In this document: positions 28,709-38,297 of the stretch, piece after piece
Numbering within the stretch: the stretch's first letter is position 1
Layout of the letters: the number at the start of each line of letters is the position of its first letter
Origin: a virus
Taxonomy: Duplodnaviria > Heunggongvirae > Uroviricota > Caudoviricetes
Length of the DNA: 64,000 bases
IMG/VR virus record: IMGVR_UViG_3300031414_000001
Location: 176,437 to 240,436 of that record
Strand: one strand, 5' to 3'
The notes under the pieces: model-generated
The model's input: only the letters and a program-made list of their open reading frames with translations
Database searches by the model: none
What the model was told of the DNA's origin: nothing
Translations under genes and position numbers: made by a program

Positions 28709-29157
28709 TAATAATTGCTCATAAGCATATCATGCGTATCAAATATTTCATCGTAGTATGTAATACCTTCAAGAAATTCAATAGCATGTTCACGGTCTTT
28801 GAACCGCATAATTTTATCACCATCATCACAACCAACAAAAATTACAACATATTTGTTGTCATTGAAATTTTGGATATAATCATCACGATAAATTTCATGA
28901 CGTAATTTATCTTCTTCTCGTGATTTAGGACGCAATTCTTCAAGCATAAAGAAATCTTCTTCAGCAGTTGTCCATTCGTCACCAACTTTATATTGGTAGC
29001 ATGGAACCACCCGATTATGTTCACGCTCAGGATGCATATTTTCACATGAATAATATGAAATAGCATTGAATTCTTCATCAAATACTGGTAAGTACCCTAG
29101 AAGTTCAGAATCATTAAAGCGATAACCCCATAATGTATTAACTTTTTCATGTATCAT
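28708..29157 (-). CDS. hypothetical protein
   Basis: 149-aa coupled ORF. Confidence 0.6.
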   Translation of the reverse strand: MIHEKVNTLWGYRFNDSELLGYLPVFDEEFNAISYYSCENMHPEREHNRVVPCYQYKVGDEWTTAEEDFFMLEELRPKSREEDKLRHEIYRDDYIQNFNDNKYVVIFVGCDDGDKIMRFKDREHAIEFLEGITYYDEIFDTHDMLMSNY

Positions 29158-29159
29158 AA

Positions 29160-29672
29160 TTATTCCTTAGAGAATATTGGTATGTAACATTGGATTTTAG
29201 TACAGTACATCAAAGCATCGCGAGTACTTCCGCTAAAATTACTATCATCAATGATAATAGAATTTTGCTTAACTACAGTTCTCTCAAAAAGATGTTCAAT
29301 GTACTTATTTCGTTGTGTAGCTTTCAACATATTAATCTTGAATGTTGAACCCATTTCTTCCATACGTTCTAAGTGACTTCTCAATTCAGCCTTTTGAAGA
29401 CCCAACGTAGGAGCCAGGTCTTTAAAGTACTGAATATCGTGTTTCTTAGCAATCCTGACTTCTTTTCCTAATCGTTTTACTACTTTAAGTACAAAATCAG
29501 AAGAACTTTCAGGAATGATAATAGTACTTTTCTTCTCAACATACGGTTCAAGAGCACAACTGATTGTATGAATCATTGTATCACGCTTATCTCCTAGAGA
29601 ATAACCGTATTTCTCCTTAAGGGAAAAATACAGAAGCATGTTTTCACGTTTTGTTAAGTCGAAAGGAATCAT
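29160..29672 (-). CDS. hypothetical protein with type I phosphoribosyltransferase-like motif
   Basis: IIIDDSNFSGST resembles the PRPP-binding loop. Confidence 0.4.
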   Translation of the reverse strand: MIPFDLTKRENMLLYFSLKEKYGYSLGDKRDTMIHTISCALEPYVEKKSTIIIPESSSDFVLKVVKRLGKEVRIAKKHDIQYFKDLAPTLGLQKAELRSHLERMEEMGSTFKINMLKATQRNKYIEHLFERTVVKQNSIIIDDSNFSGSTRDALMYCTKIQCYIPIFSKE

Positions 29673-29673
29673 A

Positions 29674-30327
29674 TTAGGTATTCATTATATTGAAGATAAC
29701 GCCACTACCTGCGTAGAATGGCTTGATTTTTCCAGCAATATCATCCAAAGCATAGAAAGCAGGATATGTATCACCATTGATAATAACAAAATAGTTACCA
29801 AATGACAAATCATGAACATGGTTCAATGTTGTAACCTGTTCAACATTTGCTACTGGATCTTTAACTACATCATGGCGGTACTTGGTAAAGACGAATTCAT
29901 CATCTCCCATATAGGATGTGAATTCATCAATGTTTCCTTTACGAACTGGTTTAGAACCCACATAAAGGATTTTCTCTCCAACATGATCTTTAGTTACAAT
30001 CTTTGGTTTAATTTGAGTGAATTTACTAACAACTAATTCAATGCGGTCACGATTTTGATTATATGTATAATCGGAAACGTGTTCCATATAATAATCCAGA
30101 AGTTCGAATAGACCAGCTTTTGCTTCTAGCAAAAGGTTAATCTGTGATACAGATTCCTTTGCTTTTTCTAAGAAGAATGAACCATCTTCAATCTTTTCAA
30201 ATGTAGCCAAAATATCAGGAATATCACCCTGAATACTTGCTACAGTGATTTTACCTTCACCTAGACCATTAATTAATTTTGATAATGTCTCTACTACTTT
30301 CTGTTTGCTTTTAGATAAATCTTCCAT
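29674..30327 (-). CDS. hypothetical protein
   Basis: Start trimmed to MEDLSK directly after the nrdD stop. Confidence 0.6.
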   Translation of the reverse strand: MEDLSKSKQKVVETLSKLINGLGEGKITVASIQGDIPDILATFEKIEDGSFFLEKAKESVSQINLLLEAKAGLFELLDYYMEHVSDYTYNQNRDRIELVVSKFTQIKPKIVTKDHVGEKILYVGSKPVRKGNIDEFTSYMGDDEFVFTKYRHDVVKDPVANVEQVTTLNHVHDLSFGNYFVIINGDTYPAFYALDDIAGKIKPFYAGSGVIFNIMNT

Positions 30328-30328
30328 A

Positions 30329-32134
30329 TTAGCTTCCGTGTTTGATTCTTTGTATAACTTCTTGTTGTTTACCAGTATTGAAAGGTCTACTATTCGGAGC
30401 ACTTAGATAGCCAGATACTCTACGAATAACTGACATAGTACCTTCTTCTCGGTTATCACATTGTGGACAATGGAAACCTACTTTATCTACCGAAAATTCA
30501 CCTTCGAATTCGCACTTATAACATTTATCGACAGGCTGATTGATTCCAAAATATGGAATACGCTCATACGCATAATCAATTAGTACTTCAAGTGCTTTTA
30601 AATTGTTAGAAAGATTAGGCGTTTCTACATAACTAATGTTTCCACCATTACTTAAGAACGCAAAACTTTCTTCGTAATCAAATTTACTGAAAGGAGATGA
30701 TTCAACCCATACTGGTTGGTGGAATGAATTTGTTATAAAATCTCTTTTTAGTATATTTGGATATTTTTCTTCAATTGCTTTCGCAAATTTGTAACATAAG
30801 CTCTCTGCTGGTGTTCCATATAAACTAAATGCGATAGTACTTTCATCTTTGAACTGTTCACATTTATACTTCATATAGTGCAAAATGGATTTACAATAAT
30901 CCTTGCTTAACTGTTGTAACATAATTTCAGAACATTCAGCTAGTCCAACGTAACCAATACTAATACTCGCATATCCATTATAGAATAATTGGTCAATAGT
31001 ATCATCAGCATCTAAACGAGCAATAGCACCTTCCATAAACATAGTAGGGTTTTGACGAGCTTTCATTGTTTTCAATCGTTCTACACGATTCATTTGTGCT
31101 CGGTACGCCATTGTCATGTGATAATCTAATTTACCAAAGAATTCTCCATCAGATTTCGATTCAAGAGCAAGTAACGGAAGATTAATAGACACTACGCCTA
31201 AGTTAAATCTACCATCATATTGTTCAGTACCGTTATTCTCCCACTTACCAAGGAATGAACGACAACCCATCGGAGAAACAGCAGTACTAGTACTACCAGT
31301 AACTTTCTTATTCAATGGAACTGAAACAAAATCTGGATAGATTCGCTTAGCACTTGTCTTCATTGCTTGTAATTTGAGGTCATAATTCGGATCAGACTCT
31401 TTCATATTAACCCCATCTTCTAAGAAGAAGACAACTTTAGGGAATACTGGAGTACTGCCATCTACGCCTAAACCTTTCTCATGTACTTTTAAGTACGAAT
31501 CAGTAATCATCTTACCGAATTTAGAAGTGTTTAAACCCATTGTAATCGTCACAAACGGTGTTTGTCCGTTACTGCTGGTGATGGTATTAACCTGGTACAG
31601 AAGGGCTTGCATAGCGTCGTACACCTCTTTCTGGAGGGTCTTCTGTACATATTCATCCGATAGATCGAATTCTTTTTGTTGCTCTAGGAGCTTGTCATAG
31701 GACTTCTGAACGTATGGTTCAAGACCAAAATCAATATGTGCCAGTGTTTGACCACCGTATTGACTTGCTGAAACTGCTAGTACTATTTGTGTCAGTACTG
31801 TGCTTGCTACACCAATACTATTAGGTGTACCAACTTGTGCGTTTCCTATCTTGAAACCGTTCTCTAACATGTCTCTGTAATTAACTAAACAACAGTTAGT
31901 CAAAGGGCTTATGAAATAGTCTAGATCATGTATATGACCATATCCATTCTTGTGCCAAAGCATAAGTTCTTCAGAGATTTCATCTTCGGCGTAATGCTTA
32001 GATAAAATACCTGCTAGTAAGTCACGATGTGTATTAACAATCTTCGCATCCTTATTAGCATTCTCATTCATTATATCTTTATTACTTTGGTTTATTAGTG
32101 CGGATACATCATTATACAGTCTGTCATTATTCAT
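30329..32134 (-). CDS. nrdD: anaerobic ribonucleoside-triphosphate reductase
   Basis: HIHDLDY, TNCCL, SPMGCRSFL, FNLGVVSINL, YGTPAESL, C-terminal CxxC..CPQC and RRVSGYL glycyl-radical loop. Confidence 0.97.
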   Translation of the reverse strand: MNNDRLYNDVSALINQSNKDIMNENANKDAKIVNTHRDLLAGILSKHYAEDEISEELMLWHKNGYGHIHDLDYFISPLTNCCLVNYRDMLENGFKIGNAQVGTPNSIGVASTVLTQIVLAVSASQYGGQTLAHIDFGLEPYVQKSYDKLLEQQKEFDLSDEYVQKTLQKEVYDAMQALLYQVNTITSSNGQTPFVTITMGLNTSKFGKMITDSYLKVHEKGLGVDGSTPVFPKVVFFLEDGVNMKESDPNYDLKLQAMKTSAKRIYPDFVSVPLNKKVTGSTSTAVSPMGCRSFLGKWENNGTEQYDGRFNLGVVSINLPLLALESKSDGEFFGKLDYHMTMAYRAQMNRVERLKTMKARQNPTMFMEGAIARLDADDTIDQLFYNGYASISIGYVGLAECSEIMLQQLSKDYCKSILHYMKYKCEQFKDESTIAFSLYGTPAESLCYKFAKAIEEKYPNILKRDFITNSFHQPVWVESSPFSKFDYEESFAFLSNGGNISYVETPNLSNNLKALEVLIDYAYERIPYFGINQPVDKCYKCEFEGEFSVDKVGFHCPQCDNREEGTMSVIRRVSGYLSAPNSRPFNTGKQQEVIQRIKHGS

Positions 32135-32184
32135 AAGACACTCCTTGTCAAATTGTTAGGTAGTTTATTTAAACCACTTAAAAT

Positions 32185-32212
32185 AAAAATACCCCATATG
32201 GAGGGGTATTTT
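32185..32212. terminator. intrinsic terminator, possibly bidirectional
   Basis: AAAATACCCC-atatgga-GGGGTATTTT. Confidence 0.75.
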
Positions 32213-32363
32213 CTTTGATCTAGATCAAGGTTTTAGTACTTTGATTAACGTTTGTTCAGGTAAGAACAGAAGTCAATGACCGCATATATTGCCAGTGCTC
32301 CAATAGAGCCTAGTGCTATAACATAGAACCAGAACAAAAACATCAAAATATTATGCCACATTC

Positions 32364-32921
32364 TTAGACCCCTTTTGCCTCAAATCCGAATGTTTTACTC
32401 AGAATTTCGAGAATACGACTTGGCATTTCTTCGTGAGTATACTCACGCATATCAATGAATGGAATATTCATTTCTTCCAGATTACGTACAAAGATAGCAT
32501 CAAGCTCTTTTGCCTGTTCTAATGTCTGAGTGCGACCGTACTGATCATATTCAGGTTTACGTGGAAGAAGGAATACAATATTCTCATATTGATTATACAA
32601 ATCGAACGCAATTTCAGAACTGATGTTATCAGTATCATTGTAGAATTCATTATACATGATACCATTCAGTAGTGAAGCGTCAGATACGACAAAATCCACC
32701 TTTCCATTTAAACGGAATAGGCGGTGATTCTGCTGAGCAGTAATTAGTACCTGATCTTGCATTGCCATCTTATTTTCATCATAAACATAGTCTTTGATTA
32801 CTTCAGTGACAATTTCTACTTTCTGCTTAGAACGTAGTTTAAGTGTGGCGAATAGGCCAGCAGCAGTTGTTGATTTACCACAACATGGTCCACCAACAAG
32901 ATTAATAACAACAGTATTCAT
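32364..32921 (-). CDS. NadR-like/AAA_28 P-loop kinase
   Basis: INLVGGPCCGKST Walker A, FVVSDASLL, GRTQT; start MNTVVINL. Confidence 0.75.
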   Translation of the reverse strand: MNTVVINLVGGPCCGKSTTAAGLFATLKLRSKQKVEIVTEVIKDYVYDENKMAMQDQVLITAQQNHRLFRLNGKVDFVVSDASLLNGIMYNEFYNDTDNISSEIAFDLYNQYENIVFLLPRKPEYDQYGRTQTLEQAKELDAIFVRNLEEMNIPFIDMREYTHEEMPSRILEILSKTFGFEAKGV

Positions 32922-33178
32922 TTTAAGCCTCCGTGTAACCCAATGAATCTTCTGTACCACGATAATAGTGGTCCATTAAAGTCTGCCTGATAATGACCAC
33001 GCAGACGTATGTGAATTTGAATAGCACTTTCGAAATGTTTCTTCATATCGTAAGTACCAGCTTCTTTTTCTTCACAAATAGTTTTAAAGAGGAATTCTAC
33101 AGTACTGATATACATGTCAGATTCCTCTCCCTTTTTGAATATATCAACAATTACGTTGAGTGATTCTGGATATTCCAT
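32918..33178 (-). CDS. hypothetical protein
   Basis: ORF-track 32918-33298; probable start MEYPES. Confidence 0.5.
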   Translation of the reverse strand: MEYPESLNVIVDIFKKGEESDMYISTVEFLFKTICEEKEAGTYDMKKHFESAIQIHIRLRGHYQADFNGPLLSWYRRFIGLHGGLK

Positions 33179-33179
33179 A

Positions 33180-33374
33180 TTACTTACGCCAATCGTTTTT
33201 AGATTCTTCGTAATTTTTAGACCATTCAGATAAAGAATCCAAGTATGGAAGAACGTTTTCTTCAATATCTTTAGTGAGTTTCTTCGCTTCAGCAGCACGA
33301 ATACGAGAAAGACAATCGTTGATTAGTTTATCAGTAGTTTCTTTGTCAAGTACAGTAAGTTTAGGTGTGCTCAA
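33180..33374 (-). CDS. hypothetical protein
   Basis: 64-aa coupled ORF. Confidence 0.5.
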   Translation of the reverse strand: MSTPKLTVLDKETTDKLINDCLSRIRAAEAKKLTKDIEENVLPYLDSLSEWSKNYEESKNDWRK

Positions 33375-33726
33375 TTTCTTTTACTCCGAAAGCCTCTATT
33401 GCTTTCTGGCATATAGGGCATGGTTTAGCTGATAGTGGGTTGCCATTTCGATCTATTCTGGCAATGAGAAGTTTATGAACTTCCTTTTTAGCGGCAATTA
33501 GGGCTGCGATTTCTGCGTGTAGAAATATGGCTTCAGGTTTACCGACAAGTACTGCGAAGTGTTTTTGAAGGGGATGTGAACATTCGTAATCGTTGGTTCT
33601 AATTGCCAGTACTCTACCTTTCTTGTCAAGAGCACACGCGATGATTTTGTATTTCTTACGTGTGTTCTTGACTTGTTTCGGATGGGGCATATCGTTAAGT
33701 ATGCGAATCAGTTTCGTGATTTTCAT
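33361..33726 (-). CDS. zinc-dependent cytidine/deoxycytidylate deaminase-fold protein
   Basis: LHAEIAAL and AKPCPICQ motifs. Confidence 0.8.
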   Translation of the reverse strand: MKITKLIRILNDMPHPKQVKNTRKKYKIIACALDKKGRVLAIRTNDYECSHPLQKHFAVLVGKPEAIFLHAEIAALIAAKKEVHKLLIARIDRNGNPLSAKPCPICQKAIEAFGVKEIEHT

Positions 33727-34387
33727 CCCTGATACCATATTCTTCTACGTCATATCCGTAACGTAGGTTCAGCTTAGCTATTTCCAAATCATGGTCAATA
33801 CATGTGATTTGTAATTCAATATCACTGTATTCTTTCATCGTGAGTTCTGGATTAGCTAATTTGGCTTGTAGTACTGGTAGCAGTACTTCCAAATGTGCTA
33901 TGTCTTCTTTGAAACCTTCGATTTCATAATCTTCGAGTTTCACGATTGGTTTAGATAAATCCGGCCCTGGTGCTTTGAAGTTATCTAAGTCTTCCATCAG
34001 TTTATCGTAAATTGTACTATAACCTGGTTGTTTGATTTTCATTTCTTCCAACCAAGCCTTGCGGTGTTCTTCCAGTTCTGCATCGCCATAGTCACCGTAC
34101 TTTTCCAGTACTAATTTGTACAGTTCTTCAACTGCTTCTTCCCATGTATCACCGCCACAATCCAGTTCCCAATCGTGAGCTAAACCGTGATAGTTATTTT
34201 CGGCATCTTCATATGGGATCATCAACTCAACCCAAAAACGTAATTTGGTATTGAGCAATGCTAAATCTTCAATGCGATTCGTTTCTGGACAAACCATATG
34301 CGGTGTAATTTCGATAACCGCATCGTGTCCAAATGGAACATATTTCGGATGGTTCGTTATCCAATAATATTTGTCAGCAATATTCAT
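33695..34387 (-). CDS. hypothetical protein
   Basis: Start MNIADK (34387) with GAGGA SD, downstream of the terminator. Confidence 0.6.
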   Translation of the reverse strand: MNIADKYYWITNHPKYVPFGHDAVIEITPHMVCPETNRIEDLALLNTKLRFWVELMIPYEDAENNYHGLAHDWELDCGGDTWEEAVEELYKLVLEKYGDYGDAELEEHRKAWLEEMKIKQPGYSTIYDKLMEDLDNFKAPGPDLSKPIVKLEDYEIEGFKEDIAHLEVLLPVLQAKLANPELTMKEYSDIELQITCIDHDLEIAKLNLRYGYDVEEYGIRDENHETDSHT

Positions 34388-34405
34388 TTTGTCATCCTCT
34401 AAATT

Positions 34406-34432
34406 AAAAAAGCACCGTCTAGTACGGTGCTT
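34406..34432 (-). terminator. intrinsic terminator
   Basis: AGCACCGT-ctagt-ACGGTGCT plus U-tract. Confidence 0.8.
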
Positions 34433-34437
34433 ACTTG

Positions 34438-35139
34438 TTAGCTGTTGATGTATTTGGTAACAGATGCTTCGTGCTGTTCTGCCCAATTTTTCGGGAACCA
34501 GTCTTCAGCTTTGAAATATTTGTCATAACACCAGCGTTCGTTTGGAGCGTTCGTTGCTTTAACGATACGGTCAACCATTTCACCCGCTTCACGCCACTGT
34601 ACGATGTTTTCAGCCGATACCATATCTGATCCCATGAACAGACGCATTACACGGTCTTTCGGATCATCTGACTTACGCATACATACGTATGGGGTATTCA
34701 GACGGAAGATACCACTGTTCATTTTCGGAATGGCTTCTTTCGCAGTTTTGATTTCCAGTGGATAACCAACGTTATCTTTGATTACCAAAATGTCCGGCCA
34801 GGATTGTGAACCATTCGGGTTGTGAACGATACAATCTGGCATATCTTCTTGCGAATTGAACGCCAGTACATCTGGAGTTGTTTCTTCGTTCAGTGCTGCG
34901 TACTTACCACTTTCAGCCCAATGCTCTTTGTGGTTCTCTTTGAACTCAGCAGAGTACATGATCGGGAGATTCAGGTTCGCAGCCATGTGTGCCATGAACA
35001 GGATTTCGATCTTGTTCACGTCATTTCCATCACGGACAACATAACGAACATCGAAGACCTGATCTTTGTGAGCGGTCTTGAACATGAACAGTGCGTCGTT
35101 GATACTTTTGGCAATCAGTGTTTTTACGATGGTTGACAT
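34438..35139 (-). CDS. putative PD-(D/E)xK endonuclease
   Basis: PNGSQSWPDILV...YPLEIKT (PD...ExK); directly downstream of a methyltransferase gene. Confidence 0.55.
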   Translation of the reverse strand: MSTIVKTLIAKSINDALFMFKTAHKDQVFDVRYVVRDGNDVNKIEILFMAHMAANLNLPIMYSAEFKENHKEHWAESGKYAALNEETTPDVLAFNSQEDMPDCIVHNPNGSQSWPDILVIKDNVGYPLEIKTAKEAIPKMNSGIFRLNTPYVCMRKSDDPKDRVMRLFMGSDMVSAENIVQWREAGEMVDRIVKATNAPNERWCYDKYFKAEDWFPKNWAEQHEASVTKYINS

Positions 35140-35155
35140 ATATTACAACTCCAGG

Positions 35156-36064
35156 TTATGAATATTTTCTAAGATATTCCTCAACTACATCTGCCTTTCC
35201 AAAGCCAGGAATTCCCGCGTTCTTTTTAGACAATTGAACGAAGTCGAGGTTCAATAAATTTTCCAGTACTTCAGCATCGTGTGCCTTAAAGAATATGTAC
35301 TGTCGCTTAGGGTTCAACTCGTCTTTACTTCGAATGATCTCGGAAAAGTCATAGTAACCTTGGCGATGAACAGCAAAATCCCAATCGTAATCGAAATATT
35401 TCATTGCTGCTTCTGTTCTATTGTACTGGTACATTTCGAACATGTCAAGCTTAGTTTGAGGCTTTTCAACGATTCTTAGGTTTTCTTCTTCAAATTCACC
35501 GATTCCCCAAATTTGGAATGATGACCGAATACCATAAGACTCACCGACTATATTAAACGAATCTTCGTCTAAGTCAATATCATACAACAATCTCGCTCGG
35601 CTGTCAAGCTGTTTTTGAGCAGAATATTTTCTGAACTGAACAGGGAGTATAAACCCTACTACAGTACTGTATTCAAAACACTTATTAATGAATTGAATCG
35701 CTAAATCACCCTTCTTACCAAAAGGTGGATTTCCCAAAAACACCACATCATTTTGTGGTAGATATTCTTCAATGTTCCCGTTGATGAAGTCCATTTGGAT
35801 AATATTATCAGATTCAGGGAGAATGTCAAACCCTATTTTGTCTTCTTGAATAATATTAAGAAACGCTCCACCACCAGCACTAGGCTCAATTATAGTGTAC
35901 GGTTCTGATTTGTACTTTGTACAGAACTTGACAAATTTCTGATAGCAGAATTCAGCTACCGAATCATTAGTGTAGTACTTGTCAAGTGCTTTAGCTTCTT
36001 TTTTGTTCATTCCGTTGTCCTTGTTGATTGCAAAAAGATATTTATAATCAACAATAAAGTCCAT
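35156..36064 (-). CDS. gamma-class N6-adenine DNA methyltransferase
   Basis: DKYYT, IIEPSAGGGAF (motif I) precedes GNPPFG (motif IV). Confidence 0.88.
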   Translation of the reverse strand: MDFIVDYKYLFAINKDNGMNKKEAKALDKYYTNDSVAEFCYQKFVKFCTKYKSEPYTIIEPSAGGGAFLNIIQEDKIGFDILPESDNIIQMDFINGNIEEYLPQNDVVFLGNPPFGKKGDLAIQFINKCFEYSTVVGFILPVQFRKYSAQKQLDSRARLLYDIDLDEDSFNIVGESYGIRSSFQIWGIGEFEEENLRIVEKPQTKLDMFEMYQYNRTEAAMKYFDYDWDFAVHRQGYYDFSEIIRSKDELNPKRQYIFFKAHDAEVLENLLNLDFVQLSKKNAGIPGFGKADVVEEYLRKYS

Positions 36065-36203
36065 TTTTCTTACTTAAAAGAAATACATCGCCCTGGAAGT
36101 TGGTAGTTCTAACGAGTAGGGATCATCCAGTACTAGCATTGAAGCGTAAACGGTCTTACATCTGGTTTTTGCCAGAAAGCACGGCTTATGTATTTCTCAA
36201 TTC

Positions 36204-36455
36204 TTACTTACGCCAGTAACCCACTAGGTCAATAAGCATTAACGCCAGAAAAGCGATGTTCAGGAATGGTACGAAACCACTCAACATCAGGAATTTCCAA
36301 CGTTTGTCAGAACGAAGACTGAACATAGGAACATGATCATACGAATTCGTTTTGGGGTTATATGCTTTCACATATTGTTCTTTCTTATCTAAGACGAAAA
36401 GAAAAATGTTGAAAGCGATACCAATCAGTACTGAGAATATCAGAAATGAGGTCAT
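36204..36455 (-). CDS. small membrane protein
   Basis: Two hydrophobic segments; GFVPFLNI motif. Confidence 0.6.
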   Translation of the reverse strand: MTSFLIFSVLIGIAFNIFLFVLDKKEQYVKAYNPKTNSYDHVPMFSLRSDKRWKFLMLSGFVPFLNIAFLALMLIDLVGYWRK

Positions 36456-36456
36456 A

Positions 36457-37749
36457 TTAACGCCTTAAGTTTTTTACCACGACAAAAGCATTACGACCAC
36501 GCTGAAGGACAAAATGTTTTGAATCAATAATGTCCACATCTTCAGTAAAGACGTTTTCTTTAGTATCGTAGAAATCTTTTACCTTGCGACCATTAATTTT
36601 GATCGCACCATTGTTGATGAACTCACGTGCCATCTTACGAGAATCAGCTAAACCTGAATCTACCAGGATTGCTACTAAGTCAAGCGTAGTAGTTTGTTCC
36701 TGTACTTTAAATCCACTGCTGATCATCATGTCAACTGCTTCATCATTCAATTCAACATTCTTACCGAAGAAGAAGTTAGAAAGATCACGAGCAGTATCAG
36801 CCGCCGCAGAACCATGAACAAGTAAGGTCATAGCATGTGCGAACTGTAACTTGACGATATTCGGATCACCATTAGTCATTTCACTTACAATGTCTTCAAC
36901 ACTGAATGTGAAAGGCTTGAAGTACTGGTACAGTTTAGGTACTTCAGTATCTTCAATGTTACGCCAGAACTGAAAGAAATGGTACGGAGTAGTACGTTGA
37001 CCAGTCATCCAGATAGTACCTGATTCTGATTTACCGAATTTAGTACCATCAGCTTTAGTAACAAGTGGAAGGGTGATAACACCACATTCAGCATCATTAC
37101 CATGAAGTTTATGGATTAAGTCAGTACCAGCAATCATATTACCCCACTGGTCTGAACCGCCGATTTGAATTTTACAATTCATTTCAGTGAACAAGTATTC
37201 GAAATCCATTCCCTGAAGAATTGGGTATGCGAACTCGGTAAAGGAAATACCTTGGTCTGGTCGTTCAATACGAGAACGTACTGACTCTTTGTTGATCATA
37301 TTATTCACGGTGAATGCTTTACCGTAATCCCGCAGGAACGTAAGCATGTTAATGTCACGCATCCAATCGAAGTTGTTTACGATTTCAACATCATCACCGA
37401 GAATAGAAGTGATTACAGTACTGATTCCAGCTACGTTACGACTGATTGTATCCCAATCCATCATAGAACGTTCTTCAGCTTTAAAGCTTGGATCGCCAAT
37501 TGAACCAGTAGCACCTCCGACAAGGGCAATAACTTTCACACCATGTTTCTTGAGCACTTTCATTACTGAGAGTGGCAGTAAACTACCGATGTGTAATGAA
37601 TCAGCAGTTGGATCAAAGCCACAATACACTGCTGAACCTTCGTCAAGTAATTTTGACAGTACTGTAATGTCAGTACTTTGATTAATCAAACCGCGTTCTT
37701 GTAACTCTACCAATGCCGAATGCATATTATTCACCTTTATCTTGTTCAA
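36457..37749 (-). CDS. tyrS: tyrosyl-tRNA synthetase
   Basis: YCGFDPTADSLHIGS (HIGH), SFTEFAYPILQGMDF, QIGGSDQWGN, KFGKSE (KMSKS), C-terminal S4 domain. Confidence 0.97.
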   Translation of the reverse strand: MNKIKVNNMHSALVELQERGLINQSTDITVLSKLLDEGSAVYCGFDPTADSLHIGSLLPLSVMKVLKKHGVKVIALVGGATGSIGDPSFKAEERSMMDWDTISRNVAGISTVITSILGDDVEIVNNFDWMRDINMLTFLRDYGKAFTVNNMINKESVRSRIERPDQGISFTEFAYPILQGMDFEYLFTEMNCKIQIGGSDQWGNMIAGTDLIHKLHGNDAECGVITLPLVTKADGTKFGKSESGTIWMTGQRTTPYHFFQFWRNIEDTEVPKLYQYFKPFTFSVEDIVSEMTNGDPNIVKLQFAHAMTLLVHGSAAADTARDLSNFFFGKNVELNDEAVDMMISSGFKVQEQTTTLDLVAILVDSGLADSRKMAREFINNGAIKINGRKVKDFYDTKENVFTEDVDIIDSKHFVLQRGRNAFVVVKNLRR

Positions 37750-38011
37750 TTACACCGAGAATACAATCTTCTGGCATAATAAGAATATCTTCGTTATCAA
37801 TCTTTTCAGAATGGACTCGTTTATCACCTTCAACATAAGTGACAATATCACCTACATTGAGTTCAGACAGGAAACCTGGTCCGATTTGTAGTACTTCAGC
37901 ATGAGTACTTTCATCTTCACCTGAAGCAGTTAGAAGAATACCGCCAGCACTCTTTGCTTCATTCACTACTTTCTTAGCAATGATATGATTATGAACTGGA
38001 CGAATTTTCAT
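37727..38011 (-). CDS. groES: co-chaperonin GroES/Cpn10
   Basis: MKIRPVHNHII...KSAGGILL...VLQIGPG...VGDIV...EDCILGVI. Confidence 0.85.
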   Translation of the reverse strand: MKIRPVHNHIIAKKVVNEAKSAGGILLTASGEDESTHAEVLQIGPGFLSELNVGDIVTYVEGDKRVHSEKIDNEDILIMPEDCILGVIEQDKGE

Positions 38012-38279
38012 CTTTTACCTCAGATTGTAGTCTATCATATTGTTCAATGAATTGCAAGGCCACCGCTGCGACTTGTACCAATTCATCACGTGCTGTACCC
38101 GCATGGGAACCGCCGAATTCATCATGAAGAATAGCTTGACATACTTCGCCAAATTCTTCACCTAAAATCACCTGCCATAAGAAAGGATGTTGATTACGAT
38201 CAGCACCCCATTTAGCATCTTGATTATTCATTTCCGCAAGAACGTCCATTAACGCTTTTGTTTTTGCGTGGTCTGTCAT
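37989..38279 (-). CDS. MazG-like nucleotide pyrophosphohydrolase
   Basis: ILGEEFGEVCQA...RDELVQVAAVA. Confidence 0.8.
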   Translation of the reverse strand: MTDHAKTKALMDVLAEMNNQDAKWGADRNQHPFLWQVILGEEFGEVCQAILHDEFGGSHAGTARDELVQVAAVALQFIEQYDRLQSEVKDENSSSS

Positions 38280-38297
38280 TTTAATTCCTTATGACCA

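Noticed and set aside
30329-32134. nrdD as pseudogene or intron/intein host (RVSGYL instead of RVCGYL, no ATP cone)
   Set aside because: The ORF is intact at T4-like length, the radical Gly and catalytic Cys residues are present, and no insertion is seen.
36065-36203. Intergenic segment with a short CTGG/CCAG hairpin upstream of the m6A methyltransferase
   Set aside because: Only one weak stem, with no clear promoter-terminator bracket; insufficient support for an RNA call.
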